The translations under genes and the position numbers were made by a program. 64,000 nt of DNA from contig JAHELJ010000001.1 in the NCBI GenBank assembly GCA_024644235.1, positions 49,556 to 113,555 on the forward strand. The letters are read 5' to 3'. Positions 28,908-38,874 of the stretch are shown here, one piece after another (positions within the stretch are counted from its first letter, which is position 1; each line of letters begins with the position of its first letter). Origin of the DNA: Lewinellaceae bacterium. GTDB taxonomy: Bacteria > Bacteroidota > Bacteroidia > Chitinophagales > Saprospiraceae. A model generated the notes under the pieces. That model was not told the origin of the DNA. It saw nothing but the letters and a program-made list of their open reading frames with translations, and made no database searches.

Positions 28908-29857
28908 GAGTTCAAATTGAAAGGTGGTTGCCGTTGGTAGTGCTGGTTGGGTTTTTATTGTCATGTAAGACTACTTCCGGAACGCTTCAGGAGCAGTCAG
29001 CCATTGAAAGTGGATCTGCTAAATCTTTGCTTTGGAAAGTAGATGGCAAAGAAAAGAAGACCTCCTATGTTTTTGGCACGATCCATTTGATTCAAGAGGA
29101 TGATTATTTCTTCACTCCGGCGATGGATGATGCTTTTTCCAGATGTGGTATTCTGGCTCTTGAATTTGACCTCGAGGATGCCATGGACATTGGATCCCAG
29201 ATGCAACTTTTTCAGAAGGCCTTCATGCGTGGGGATACTACCTTGAAAGACTTACTAAGCGACGAAGATTACGAGGTAGTCGAAGTGCATTTTCAGAAGA
29301 TGGGAATACCCATTTTTTTCCTCGAGCGGGTGAAGCCCATGTTCCTGACCATCTTTGCTTCGGAGGATCTCTTTGGAGGTGGAGGATTGAATATGGAAGA
29401 ACTCAAATCGTACGAGTTGGAACTCTTGGAGAAAGCAAATAGTGCAGATATGCCTGTGGAAGGATTGGAAACAATGGAGTATCAGATCAGCATTTTTGAC
29501 AGTATTCCTTATAAGGTTCAAGCAGAGATGCTGGTGGAAAGCATCGAGGCTCCTGATGATGGAGGTGCCTCCCTTGATACACTGATCCACTATTATAAAA
29601 TGCAGGATCTGGGCAAACTCGATGAGCTCATCAACGCAGAAAGCACCACCTCTACTTACCGGTCGGTCCTGCTAGACAACCGCAATATCAACTGGATTCC
29701 GGTGATGGAAGAACTGATGATAAGGGGATCTACATTCTTTGCAGTGGGAGCAGGTCATTTGCTTGGTGAACTCGGTGTGTTGCAACTGCTGAGAAACCAA
29801 GGCTATCAAGTGACTCCTGTTTTAGACGTGACCAATGGCTCTGATAAAGACCGTTAA
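28904..29857 (+). CDS. TraB/GumN-family protein
   Basis: Signal peptide; GTIHL motif near the N-terminus and AVGAGHLLG near the C-terminus, characteristic of TraB/GumN; 317 aa. Confidence 0.65.
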   Translation: MRVQIERWLPLVVLVGFLLSCKTTSGTLQEQSAIESGSAKSLLWKVDGKEKKTSYVFGTIHLIQEDDYFFTPAMDDAFSRCGILALEFDLEDAMDIGSQMQLFQKAFMRGDTTLKDLLSDEDYEVVEVHFQKMGIPIFFLERVKPMFLTIFASEDLFGGGGLNMEELKSYELELLEKANSADMPVEGLETMEYQISIFDSIPYKVQAEMLVESIEAPDDGGASLDTLIHYYKMQDLGKLDELINAESTTSTYRSVLLDNRNINWIPVMEELMIRGSTFFAVGAGHLLGELGVLQLLRNQGYQVTPVLDVTNGSDKDR

Positions 29858-30353
29858 TAACCTTACCCCTCGCTGGGGAAATCATTGCTACTTTGCTGAG
29901 AACGCGACCATCATCGGCGACGTGATCATGGGAGATGAATGTTCGGTTTGGTTTCATGCCGTGATTCGAGGTGATGTCAATAGCATAAGATTGGGAAACC
30001 GGGTGAACGTGCAGGATGGAGCGGTGATACATTGCACCTATAAAAGAACGAAGACAATAATCGGCGACAACGTGTCCATTGGGCACAATGCTATTGTGCA
30101 TGGTTGTACCCTAGAGTCCAATACACTCGTCGGGATGGGTGCAATCGTAATGGACCAAGCTGTCGTGGAGGAAAACTGTCTTATTGCCGCCGGGGCCGTG
30201 GTACTGGAAGGTGCGGTATGCCAATCAGGTCATATCTATGGAGGTATTCCAGCAAGAAAACTCAAGCCTATTGATGATGCCACTTTCCAAGATATGATCG
30301 AACGGATCAGCAGAAATTATGTGAAGTACGCAGGTTGGTTTCGGGAAGACTAA
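29835..30353 (+). CDS. gamma-carbonic-anhydrase-like hexapeptide-repeat protein (YrdA/PaaY type)
   Basis: Left-handed β-helix hexapeptide repeats with conserved His ligands (HAVIRGD, GHNAIVHGC); 172 aa. Confidence 0.75.
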   Translation: MALIKTVNNLTPRWGNHCYFAENATIIGDVIMGDECSVWFHAVIRGDVNSIRLGNRVNVQDGAVIHCTYKRTKTIIGDNVSIGHNAIVHGCTLESNTLVGMGAIVMDQAVVEENCLIAAGAVVLEGAVCQSGHIYGGIPARKLKPIDDATFQDMIERISRNYVKYAGWFRED

Positions 30354-30355
30354 AC

Positions 30356-31222
30356 TCATCTGCGGGTAAGATATACTCCGCTTATGATCAGGGCCATTCC
30401 GGCAACCTGAATAGCAAGAACCGGCTCTCCATCCAGAAAGCCCAAGATAACTGCTACCATGGGAATCAGATAACTCACCGATGATGCAAAGAGTGCGCTA
30501 GTGATTTGGACTAACCGGAAATAAACTATGCTGGCGAGGACTGTACCGAAAAGCGCCAGTATAGCTACCGCACCGAGTGAGAACCAGGCCTCCGAATGAT
30601 TCGACAACTTTGTTAAAACATCGGTCCGCAGCAGGATAACCAGTGCCGGTAATCCTAGCAAAGACAGAGACAATACGCTGATGGTAAAGGAGTCAATCTT
30701 GTTCAGATATTGCTTCACCACATTACCGCTGATCGCATAACAGATGGTACCGACGACGATGAGAAGAGCATAGATCATATCGATTTGCAATGATGCGGTG
30801 TAGTTAAAGTAGATCAAAAAGATTGCGCCGAGTAGACCGATGATGACACCAATATATTTAAGCCAATGACTGGTCACTGAAAAAAACCAAACACCTATCA
30901 AAAGAGTAAATAATGGAGTAAGCGAGTTGAGAATACCAGTAGTGATGCTGCTGATCTGAGTTTGAGCCATCGCATAGCAAAATGCCGGAATGCCACTCCC
31001 ACAAAGCCCCACGATCACAAGGGCGCGCCAGTCGAGGGCAGACACTCTAGTCCGGTGGCGAAAAAAGAAGGGAGTAAATGCCAAAGCGGAGATGCTTATT
31101 CGCAGAGAGGCCACTTCGAGTGGTTCAAATGCAATGAGGGCTTTCTTAATAAGGATAAAAGAACTGCCCCAGACCAATGCTAGTAGAATTAGAAGCAGCC
31201 ACCTTATTGTGTTTTTGTTCAA
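30356..31222 (-). CDS. EamA/DMT-family transporter
   Basis: Ten predicted TM helices in a two-repeat EamA arrangement; 288 aa. Confidence 0.75.
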   Translation of the reverse strand: MNKNTIRWLLLILLALVWGSSFILIKKALIAFEPLEVASLRISISALAFTPFFFRHRTRVSALDWRALVIVGLCGSGIPAFCYAMAQTQISSITTGILNSLTPLFTLLIGVWFFSVTSHWLKYIGVIIGLLGAIFLIYFNYTASLQIDMIYALLIVVGTICYAISGNVVKQYLNKIDSFTISVLSLSLLGLPALVILLRTDVLTKLSNHSEAWFSLGAVAILALFGTVLASIVYFRLVQITSALFASSVSYLIPMVAVILGFLDGEPVLAIQVAGMALIISGVYLTRR

Positions 31223-31224
31223 GC

Positions 31225-31256
31225 GAAAAAAAAGGTCATGAATAGCTCATGACCTT
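31225..31256 (-). terminator. rho-independent terminator of the flotillin/NfeD operon
   Basis: Perfect 10-bp inverted repeat AAGGTCATGA-atagc-TCATGACCTT preceded on the + strand by A8 (a U-run on the minus-strand transcript); it abuts the eamA start codon. Confidence 0.7.
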
Positions 31257-31277
31257 GCTTGAAGATATGAATAATCC

Positions 31278-32723
31278 TTATTTCTTTTCCTCCTTTGCTA
31301 CCGGAGTAGTTTCGCCATTCGTAGTTACACCATTACCTTCTTTGACCACTTCCGCTTCTTCCGTTTTCGATCCCAGATAGGAAGGAAGATCCATACCCGC
31401 CATATTGAACAAATCATGCAGTGGTGGTATCGATTTATACAGCCCCGACACAAATTTAGAGGTTGCATTTCCTTCGCCTTGCTGGTTACCACCTTCCCAA
31501 ACCGTCACTTTATCGATCTTGAGATCTTTGATGGCCTGTACCTGCGTTTTTACCAGTTCTTCAAGCTTGTCAGCAATCATCATCAGTACCGCATCTTTGG
31601 TATTTCCATTGGCGGCATCAACGATCTGGTCAAATCCTTTGGCCTGCTTACCCAGAATCTCGAGTAGTCCCCGAGCTTCAGCCTCCTTCTTGGCGAAGAT
31701 GGCGTCAGCCTCACCTTTGGCTGCTCGTCTCAGTTGTTCGGCTTGTGCTTCTGCATCAATTTCTGCTTTTTCTTTGGCGATCTTGGCTTCGATGATCACA
31801 TCAGCCTGCTTGGAAGCCATTTCTCTGGCGGCACGAATCTCTTCCGCAGCAGTCTCGGCTTTGTAGGCTTCTTCTAGTGCCTTTGCTGCTTGGATCTTCT
31901 CAGACGCGGTAGCCAGCTTCAGTGCCTCTGCTTCCCTCTGTCTCCTTTCTGAATTAGAATCAGCAATCACGACCTGAGCCAGGTTTTCCCCTTCTGCAGC
32001 TTTGGCATAGGCATCAGCCTCCCCGACTTTTGCTTCAGCCTCTGCTTTTGCCACTTCGATGCGTTGCTCCCGCTGAGCACGAGCTTCGCCAATTGCACCT
32101 TCTCTGACTTTCTCTGCAACCCGCACTTTGGCTTCATTAATAGCCTGAGCGGCTGCCTCTTTTCCCAGAGCTTCTATATATCCTGATTCATCTTCAATAT
32201 CCGTGATGTTTACGTTGATTAGTGCCAGTCCAATCTTCTTCAGTTCACTTCCAACATTCGAGGCGACGTTGGACAGGAACTTATCACGGTCTGAGTTAAT
32301 CTCCTCAATGTCCATTGTCGCTACTACCAGGCGGAGTTGACCGAAGATGATGTCTTTGGCAATGCTTTGGATTTCCTCCATGGACTTGCCCAGGAGTCTT
32401 TCTGCTGCATTTACCATCGTGCCCTCATCATTTGAGATAGCAACAGTGAAACGAGACGGAACATTGACCCTGATATTTTGGCGGCTCAATGCATTCCTCA
32501 AGTCCACATCGATCGAAATAGGTGAAAGATCAAGGTATTCATATGCCTGTATGACCGGCCAAACAAAAGCTGCTCCCCCAGCGAGACACTTTGCCGATCC
32601 TCGGCCTGTTTTTCCATAGATCACCAGAATTTTATCTGAGGGACAACGTCTATAGCGAGAAATTAGGAAGATTCCCATGAAGAGAAGGAGGACCAACAGC
32701 CCACCTAGTAGATAGAGTGTCAT
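31278..32723 (-). CDS. flotillin-like SPFH/band-7 protein (YqiK type)
   Basis: N-terminal TM helix, SPFH domain, very long Ala/Glu/Lys-rich coiled coil (EAQAEQLRRAAKGEADAI...); 481 aa. Confidence 0.8.
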   Translation of the reverse strand: MTLYLLGGLLVLLLFMGIFLISRYRRCPSDKILVIYGKTGRGSAKCLAGGAAFVWPVIQAYEYLDLSPISIDVDLRNALSRQNIRVNVPSRFTVAISNDEGTMVNAAERLLGKSMEEIQSIAKDIIFGQLRLVVATMDIEEINSDRDKFLSNVASNVGSELKKIGLALINVNITDIEDESGYIEALGKEAAAQAINEAKVRVAEKVREGAIGEARAQREQRIEVAKAEAEAKVGEADAYAKAAEGENLAQVVIADSNSERRQREAEALKLATASEKIQAAKALEEAYKAETAAEEIRAAREMASKQADVIIEAKIAKEKAEIDAEAQAEQLRRAAKGEADAIFAKKEAEARGLLEILGKQAKGFDQIVDAANGNTKDAVLMMIADKLEELVKTQVQAIKDLKIDKVTVWEGGNQQGEGNATSKFVSGLYKSIPPLHDLFNMAGMDLPSYLGSKTEEAEVVKEGNGVTTNGETTPVAKEEKK

Positions 32724-32741
32724 AACGTGTGATTTAGCGGT

Positions 32742-33353
32742 TTATGAAGCCTGTGCTTCAAAAATTTCTACTGGTTCGACAACCAGGGTGTTTTTATCAA
32801 TTATTTCAATAATTTTCACCTCCTTGCCATTTGGCAGGGAGTCTCCTTCAGTTACTGCGTCCATTTCACGTAGCGATTCATTTAGGGTAACATGTACTTT
32901 CCCTTTACCTTTTCTTCTGCCTGGGATCGTTAGATATACCGTAGCGTTCTGATAGATCAACTCCTGAAGATCTGCATTTCCTTCTTCACCAAGTTTTGAA
33001 AAAAAGTACATCAGATAGGCAACTAATGCCATTGCTGCCACACCTGCGATGACTGCAAAAATCAATGCTGAGGTTGTCGAATATCCTTTGGACATCGCCA
33101 GTACTCCGGCCCAACCAAAAAAAGTGAAGAATGCGATGATACTTCTGACAGAGAGTAGTGCAAAGGATGGATCGAGAGAGAACCCACCTCCAGTATCAGC
33201 ATCAACATCCAAATCGGTCTCAAAATCGAGTCCGAACAAGCTGATGACAAATTGTATCACAAAAAAGACAGTAAAAATGATGGCAATGCCCCAGAATATT
33301 TGAGGCACTGTATCCAGATTGGCCCACCAATCGGTTAATGAAAGTGGTAACAT
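32742..33353 (-). CDS. NfeD-like membrane protein (YqiJ type) partner of flotillin
   Basis: N-terminal multi-TM region, C-terminal soluble OB-fold-like segment (GKGKVHVTL...VKIIEI); 19 nt upstream of the flotillin gene on the same strand. Confidence 0.5.
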   Translation of the reverse strand: MLPLSLTDWWANLDTVPQIFWGIAIIFTVFFVIQFVISLFGLDFETDLDVDADTGGGFSLDPSFALLSVRSIIAFFTFFGWAGVLAMSKGYSTTSALIFAVIAGVAAMALVAYLMYFFSKLGEEGNADLQELIYQNATVYLTIPGRRKGKGKVHVTLNESLREMDAVTEGDSLPNGKEVKIIEIIDKNTLVVEPVEIFEAQAS

Positions 33354-33541
33354 TGTACTCCCTGTAAGTTATCACTAAAACTAACACTATTTTGACTGTG
33401 TCAGTTTCGCCTTATCGACGAAGGTGGATGAAAGTTCGGCTAAGAGAGGAAGTAGGTTCAAATTCTCAATTTCGCGGCTGGATAAGGCCATCGATTTTAT
33501 TACCTTTGACCGCATTCCTAAACAATCCGTATAACTCATAT

Positions 33542-34474
33542 ATGGTGGACGTCAAGCTTTTCTCGGGAACTTCCTCCAGATATCTGGCCGAGAAGATTGC
33601 CGATTATTACGGCACCGAACTCGGTGCCATGCACTTACAGCAATTCAGTGACGGGGAAATGCAACCCGTCATTAATGAATCTGTCAGAGGAGCGTATGTG
33701 TTTTTTGTCCAATCGACCTTTGCTCCCTCTTCGAATTTAATGGAGTTGCTCTTGATGATAGATGCTGCCCGCCGGGCTTCAGCAGGCTACATAACGGCAG
33801 TGATTCCCTACTTCGGATATGCCCGCCAGGATCGTAAGGATAAGCCACGAGTACCTATTTCCGCTAAATTGATAGCCAATCTTCTGGAAGCTGCTGGTGC
33901 TGACAGAGTGATGACCATGGATCTTCATGCCGATCAGGTGCAAGGATTCTTTGACATACCAGTTGATCACCTTCAGTCATCAGCCATCTATACAAAGTAC
34001 CTTGAAAAACAAAACCTGGAGAATGTGATTTTCGCATCCCCCGACGTAGGAGGAGTAAAGAGAGCGCGAAGATTTGCAGTTCATTTTGGCAAGAACCTGG
34101 TGATTTGTGATAAACAGAGACAAAAAGCCAACCAGGTTTCAGGGATGAAGGTGATTGGAAATGTAAAAGGAGCAGACGTGATCATGGTGGATGACATTGT
34201 AGATACTGCAGGCACCCTATGCAGGGCAGCAGACACCATGATGAAGGAAGGTGCCAATACCGTCAGAGCCCTGTGCGCACATGCAGTACTTTCCGGTAAA
34301 GCTTATGAGAACATCGAACAGTCGGCGTTGAACGAATTGATAGTCACAGACACGATCCCATTGCGGCAGACTTCAGACAAAATCAAGGTCGTCTCATCGG
34401 CTAAGCTCTTTTCAAGAGCGATTCGAAACACACACGAACACAAGTCTATTGCAGCGCTGTTTGTTGGTAGGTAA
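33542..34474 (+). CDS. prs: ribose-phosphate pyrophosphokinase
   Basis: N-terminal MVDVKLFSGTSS...LA, PRPP-binding loop DDIVDTAGT, divalent-cation site; 310 aa from the first plausible ATG. The ORF track extends to 33392, but the upstream part is non-homologous. Confidence 0.85.
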   Translation: MVDVKLFSGTSSRYLAEKIADYYGTELGAMHLQQFSDGEMQPVINESVRGAYVFFVQSTFAPSSNLMELLLMIDAARRASAGYITAVIPYFGYARQDRKDKPRVPISAKLIANLLEAAGADRVMTMDLHADQVQGFFDIPVDHLQSSAIYTKYLEKQNLENVIFASPDVGGVKRARRFAVHFGKNLVICDKQRQKANQVSGMKVIGNVKGADVIMVDDIVDTAGTLCRAADTMMKEGANTVRALCAHAVLSGKAYENIEQSALNELIVTDTIPLRQTSDKIKVVSSAKLFSRAIRNTHEHKSIAALFVGR

Positions 34475-34493
34475 ATCAAATTATTTATCTTTG
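34461..34493 (+). promoter_or_regulatory. candidate Bacteroidetes sigma-A promoter (−33 TTG, −7 TAnnTTTG) for rplY
   Basis: TTG at 34464–34466 and TAtcTTTG at 34486–34493 with a 19-nt spacer, about 27 nt before the rplY start codon. Motif match only. Confidence 0.3.
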
Positions 34494-34519
34494 CATCCAT
34501 TTTTCAAAACAGGCAACAG

Positions 34520-35179
34520 GTGATGGAAGCATCAAGTATTACAATCGAGAAACGAGTTCCTGGAGTCAAACGTGAACTCAAGGCGCTAAGGAGAGCAAAT
34601 CGCGTTCCTTGTGAGATGTATGGCGAAAGTGAAAACTTGCATTTTTCGGTCGACAAAAAGCAGGTACGTGACCTGATCTACACTCCGGATTTCAAGGTAG
34701 CCAAGCTGGATTTGGGTGGTGAGTCATATCGCTGTATCATAAAGGAAATTCAGTTTCATCCGGTAACTGAGGAGATTTTGCACATTGATTTCCTGGAGCT
34801 TGCGGAAGGTCGAAAGGTAAAGGTGCAACTACCAGTACGCTTCAAAGGTGCCTCACCCGGCGTTCGAAACGGGGGTCGTTTGATTCAACAATTGCGTAAA
34901 GTAGAGATCAAAACTACCCCTGATCAATTGGTAGAGGAATTAATACTGGACATCTCCAATCTTAAGTTGGGTAACTCAGTGAGAGTAAGAGATATTGAAG
35001 CCAATGATGAAATAGAGATTTTGACCAATCCTGGAATTCCTGTTGCTACAGTGAAAGTGCCGAGAGTAGTAATAGAAGAGGAGGAAGAGGTACCAGGTGA
35101 AGTTGAAGGAGAAGAGGGAGCAGAAGAGGGAGAAGCCGGTGGAGAGCCAAAGGGAGAAGAATCCAGATCGGGGGAATAA
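34520..35179 (+). CDS. rplY: 50S ribosomal protein L25 / general stress protein Ctc
   Basis: L25 β-barrel domain plus Ctc-type C-terminal domain and an acidic E/G-rich tail; 219 aa; in the conserved prs–rplY arrangement. Confidence 0.8.
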   Translation: MMEASSITIEKRVPGVKRELKALRRANRVPCEMYGESENLHFSVDKKQVRDLIYTPDFKVAKLDLGGESYRCIIKEIQFHPVTEEILHIDFLELAEGRKVKVQLPVRFKGASPGVRNGGRLIQQLRKVEIKTTPDQLVEELILDISNLKLGNSVRVRDIEANDEIEILTNPGIPVATVKVPRVVIEEEEEVPGEVEGEEGAEEGEAGGEPKGEESRSGE

Positions 35180-35207
35180 CAATTGCTTATCAATAAGAGT
35201 TAAGAAT

Positions 35208-35236
35208 GGAGGTGTATTTTTACACCTCCTTTTTTT
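35208..35236 (+). terminator. rho-independent terminator after rplY
   Basis: GGAGGTGTA-ttttt-ACACCTCC followed by T7, ending one nucleotide before the ATG of the next gene. Confidence 0.65.
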
Positions 35237-36016
35237 ATGAAATCTGACTTAAGAGTAACACTGGTTCAATTTGAACCTGTTTGGGAAGATCCACCGCGAA
35301 ACCGGAACAAACTTGATGAACTCCTCATTTCCGGAAATTCAAACACAGATATTTTCATCCTACCGGAAATGTTTTCTACCGGGTTTACCATGAATGCTAC
35401 TGCCATGGCAGAAACTATGCAAGGAGCTACTATCCACTGGCTTCAAGAAAAATCAGTTCTTTTGCAGGCAGATATTGTGGGTAGCATAATCGTGGAAGAA
35501 GAAGATCATTACTTCAATCGCTTGATTTGGATGTCTCCCCAAGGTATACTGGCAACATATGATAAGAGACATCTTTTCGGCATGGCTGGAGAGGACAAAG
35601 TTTTTACAGCAGGAAGATCACAGGTGGTGGTAGAGAAGAAGGGCTGGAGATTGGCTCCCTTTATATGCTATGATCTGCGATTTCCAGTTTGGTCGAGGAA
35701 CACTTCCGAAATAGATGCGTTGATCTATATCGCATGCTTCCCCGAAAAAAGGCATTACGCCTGGCAACAATTATTAGTGGCTCGGGCTATTGAAAATCAG
35801 ACTTATGTCATCGGAGTGAATAGGGTTGGTTGGGATGGTGAAGGGCAATATTATGCCGGGGATTCGGTTGTGATAGACCCTGGCGGACAAGAACTTGTGA
35901 AGTTGGGAGATCAGGAGGTTCTCAGAACTTGCATATTGAATTACGGACCGGTAGAGAGCATTCGCTATGAACAACCCTTTCTTGGTGATCGTGATGAATT
36001 TGAAATCAAGATATGA
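35237..36016 (+). CDS. carbon–nitrogen hydrolase family protein (nitrilase superfamily, omega-amidase-like)
   Basis: Catalytic Glu (ILPEMF), Lys, and Cys (ICYDLRFP) triad positions conserved; 259 aa. Confidence 0.8.
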   Translation: MKSDLRVTLVQFEPVWEDPPRNRNKLDELLISGNSNTDIFILPEMFSTGFTMNATAMAETMQGATIHWLQEKSVLLQADIVGSIIVEEEDHYFNRLIWMSPQGILATYDKRHLFGMAGEDKVFTAGRSQVVVEKKGWRLAPFICYDLRFPVWSRNTSEIDALIYIACFPEKRHYAWQQLLVARAIENQTYVIGVNRVGWDGEGQYYAGDSVVIDPGGQELVKLGDQEVLRTCILNYGPVESIRYEQPFLGDRDEFEIKI

Positions 36017-36528
36017 AAGTGTCTAGGCCGACAATTTTCATTTTAGCGGCTTCATTTTTTCTAGTCTCTTGCGGTTCATTTGAGCCCTTGGTTATCGAAA
36101 CACGCAAAAGTCCTGAAGACAAGGATGCCAGTACCACTAAGCACTTGAGGAGTGATTTGGAGCAGACTGCAAAAAAGTTACTTGGGACACCATATCGCTA
36201 TGGTGGCACGGATCGAAACGGATTTGATTGCTCGGGATTTACTGTGTTCACATTCGGGCAGAATGGCATTCAGATACCCCGCACCGCATCTGATCAGTAT
36301 CGCAAGGGTCGGGTGGTGCAAAAAATATCAGAAGCCCGGAGAGGAGATCTTGTTTTCTTCCAGCTAAATAGCAAAATTGATCACGTGGGCATGGTTACCA
36401 GGGCGAATCGAAGAGAGTTGTGGATCATCCACAGTACCAGCTCAAAAGGGGTAATGCACCAGGATGTGTTGGCCTCCACATATTGGAGACCAAGGCTCAA
36501 AGGAGTAAAGGACATTTTGGGGGATTAG
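36013..36528 (+). CDS. NlpC/P60 (C40) family peptidoglycan endopeptidase lipoprotein
   Basis: Lipobox LVSC; catalytic Cys in GFDCSGF and downstream His; 171 aa. Confidence 0.75.
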   Translation: MKVSRPTIFILAASFFLVSCGSFEPLVIETRKSPEDKDASTTKHLRSDLEQTAKKLLGTPYRYGGTDRNGFDCSGFTVFTFGQNGIQIPRTASDQYRKGRVVQKISEARRGDLVFFQLNSKIDHVGMVTRANRRELWIIHSTSSKGVMHQDVLASTYWRPRLKGVKDILGD

Positions 36529-36589
36529 TGATTCGCCGTCTACTTGGGTCAAACTTCTTATCTTCACGCTCCACCAAACTCAGTGGTAA

Positions 36590-37183
36590 ATGTTGAATTT
36601 GATACTATTCGGGCCGCCGGGATCCGGAAAAGGAACTCAAGCAGCACTACTAGTAGACAAGTATGGCTTTCTGCACATTTCGACAGGAGATCTCTTCCGT
36701 TCCGAAATCGGCAATCAGACTGATCTCGGTCTTTTGGCTCAGTCATATATGGCGCAGGGTAAATTGGTGCCTGACACCGTAACCATTGACATGCTCAGAA
36801 AAAAAGTAGAGGCAAACCCTGAGGTGACGGGCATCATCTTCGACGGCTTTCCTCGCACAATTCAACAAGCCCAGGCACTTGATGCACTGCTGGCTGAACG
36901 AAGTTCTGAGGTCACTGCGCTGTTAGCTCTGACCGTGGATGAAGATGAGATTGTGCAAAGGATCTTAAATAGAGCAAAGACCTCAGGCAGGAGCGATGAC
37001 GCCGATGAAGGTATTATCCGGGACCGCATAGCGGTTTACGAGAATACCACCACACCGGTATTTGACTACTATGAAGAAAGAGGTAAATCATTTCGAGTGA
37101 AGGGTATGGGTTCCATTGACGAGATCTTTGCACGGTTGAGTGCGATTATTGATCACATTCATACAGCTGCTCAGAAGCTATAA
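36590..37183 (+). CDS. adk: adenylate kinase
   Basis: LILFGPPGSGKGTQA P-loop, NMP-binding and short LID; 197 aa. Confidence 0.9.
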   Translation: MLNLILFGPPGSGKGTQAALLVDKYGFLHISTGDLFRSEIGNQTDLGLLAQSYMAQGKLVPDTVTIDMLRKKVEANPEVTGIIFDGFPRTIQQAQALDALLAERSSEVTALLALTVDEDEIVQRILNRAKTSGRSDDADEGIIRDRIAVYENTTTPVFDYYEERGKSFRVKGMGSIDEIFARLSAIIDHIHTAAQKL

Positions 37184-37199
37184 AGGGTAGACTAACCCT

Positions 37200-38201
37200 G
37201 TGCCAGAAACTAATTTTATTGATAAGGTCAGAATCTGCTGCCGCTCGGGAGCAGGAGGGGCCGGTTCAGCCCATTTCCATCGGGACAAAAGAAATCCTAA
37301 GGGGGGACCCGATGGAGGAGATGGTGGGCGCGGTGGCCACATCATACTAAAGGGAAACCGAAATCTCTGGACACTCTTGCCATTAAAATATCGAAAGCAC
37401 GTGATTGCATCACGTGGAGGGAATGGCAGTTCAAATCAAAAGACGGGTGCTGATGGAGAGGATGTGGTATTGGAAGTTCCCCTGGGCACCATGGCCAAAG
37501 TGGCAGAAAATGAAAATCTCCTCTGTGAAATTCTGGAACACGGTGAGCAAAAAATTTTGGTACGTGGAGGCCGGGGTGGCCTGGGAAATGTTCACTTCAA
37601 GTCGGCAACCAATCAGGCACCTCGCTATGCTCAGCCAGGTGAGTCCGGTGAGGAACTTTGGGTCACCCTGGAACTAAAGCTATTGGCTGATGTAGGGTTG
37701 GTTGGATTTCCCAATGCAGGCAAATCTACCCTTCTTTCCGTCCTTTCTGCTGCAAAACCGAAAATCGCAAACTACCCCTTCACGACTTTGAAGCCCAATC
37801 TGGGTATAGTACCATATCGCGATCACCGTTCATTTGTGATGGCAGATATTCCCGGTATCATTGAAGGAGCGCATCTGGGGAAAGGATTGGGCCATCAGTT
37901 TCTCCGGCACATCGAACGCAATTCCATACTGCTTTTCCTCATTCCGAGTGATAGTGATGATATCATGAAAGAGTACCAGGTGTTATTAGGAGAAATGGAA
38001 AAATACAATCCGGAACTAATGGACAAACCGAGACTGCTCGCTATTACCAAACGAGATTTGATCGATCAAGAACTGGAAGATATGATTAGAGCAGAACTAA
38101 AGTTTGATCTGGACTTCCTTTTCATCTCTGCAGTATCCCAAAATGGTCTTCAGGAGCTGAAAGACAAACTCTGGTCGATAATGAAGTTGGATCAGTCTTG
38201 A
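37200..38201 (+). CDS. obg: GTPase Obg/CgtA
   Basis: Gly-rich Obg fold N-domain (GGDGGRGG), G1 [10 protein letters not shown]3 DIPG, G4 NKRD; GTG start; 333 aa. Confidence 0.9.
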   Translation: MPETNFIDKVRICCRSGAGGAGSAHFHRDKRNPKGGPDGGDGGRGGHIILKGNRNLWTLLPLKYRKHVIASRGGNGSSNQKTGADGEDVVLEVPLGTMAKVAENENLLCEILEHGEQKILVRGGRGGLGNVHFKSATNQAPRYAQPGESGEELWVTLELKLLADVGLVGFPNAGKSTLLSVLSAAKPKIANYPFTTLKPNLGIVPYRDHRSFVMADIPGIIEGAHLGKGLGHQFLRHIERNSILLFLIPSDSDDIMKEYQVLLGEMEKYNPELMDKPRLLAITKRDLIDQELEDMIRAELKFDLDFLFISAVSQNGLQELKDKLWSIMKLDQS

Positions 38202-38725
38202 TTCACCAAATGTCTCACCTCATTGCCTTTTCGTGAAACATCATCCATCCCGTTCTTGAGTTCCTTCCATAGGATTGAAGTAGATTGGCGTACTGGGTAC
38301 ATCATTTGATATGAGATAGAAGCTTGATTGTTTTGGGGAGGAGTGATTTGCGTCTTTTCAAGAAAACCGGTTAATACGGAGATGCTAAATAACGTAATCA
38401 GGAACATAGTACTTGCTCCTATGAATCGAAGCCCATACCTATACCCTTTTGACTTGGGGTTGCGCTGGACCAAGATCAACGGCTTACTGGATAACCACAA
38501 CAGAAACAGTAAGAACAACATCATGAAGCCAAGCTGGAAAGCCAACCATTTCATGCCAAAAGAGTACTCCATAAATCGAATGAGGTAGGGAGCTGACAGC
38601 ACTGCGATGAGAACCGACCAAGTGAACATAACGATCCAGCCAATTGATCGCATAATTCCTTCTTGCAAGCCACTGATAAATGCTGCAAGAAGGCATATAA
38701 TAAATACCACATCAAACCAAGCCAT
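38192..38725 (-). CDS. CvpA-family membrane protein
   Basis: Four TM helices with a CvpA-like N-terminus ([23 protein letters not shown]); 177 aa. Confidence 0.55.
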   Translation of the reverse strand: MAWFDVVFIICLLAAFISGLQEGIMRSIGWIVMFTWSVLIAVLSAPYLIRFMEYSFGMKWLAFQLGFMMLFLLFLLWLSSKPLILVQRNPKSKGYRYGLRFIGASTMFLITLFSISVLTGFLEKTQITPPQNNQASISYQMMYPVRQSTSILWKELKNGMDDVSRKGNEVRHLVNQD

Positions 38726-38874
38726 CAGTAATTTTTTTCTTTTACAGCCATTTATGCATTAAAAATAATAATAATATGTAAGAAGAACTGTTAAATTGTT
38801 GGATGCAAGCAGGCTGTTTTAATGTTCGCTTGTGATTATTTTCAGCTATTTTTAGAATATCAGAGTGCTCAATC

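Noticed and set aside
31405-31866. 153-aa Ala/Ser-rich ORF antisense to the flotillin coiled-coil region
   Set aside because: Its low-complexity composition mirrors the Glu/Ala-rich coiled coil on the coding strand. It is a classic reverse-strand artefact.
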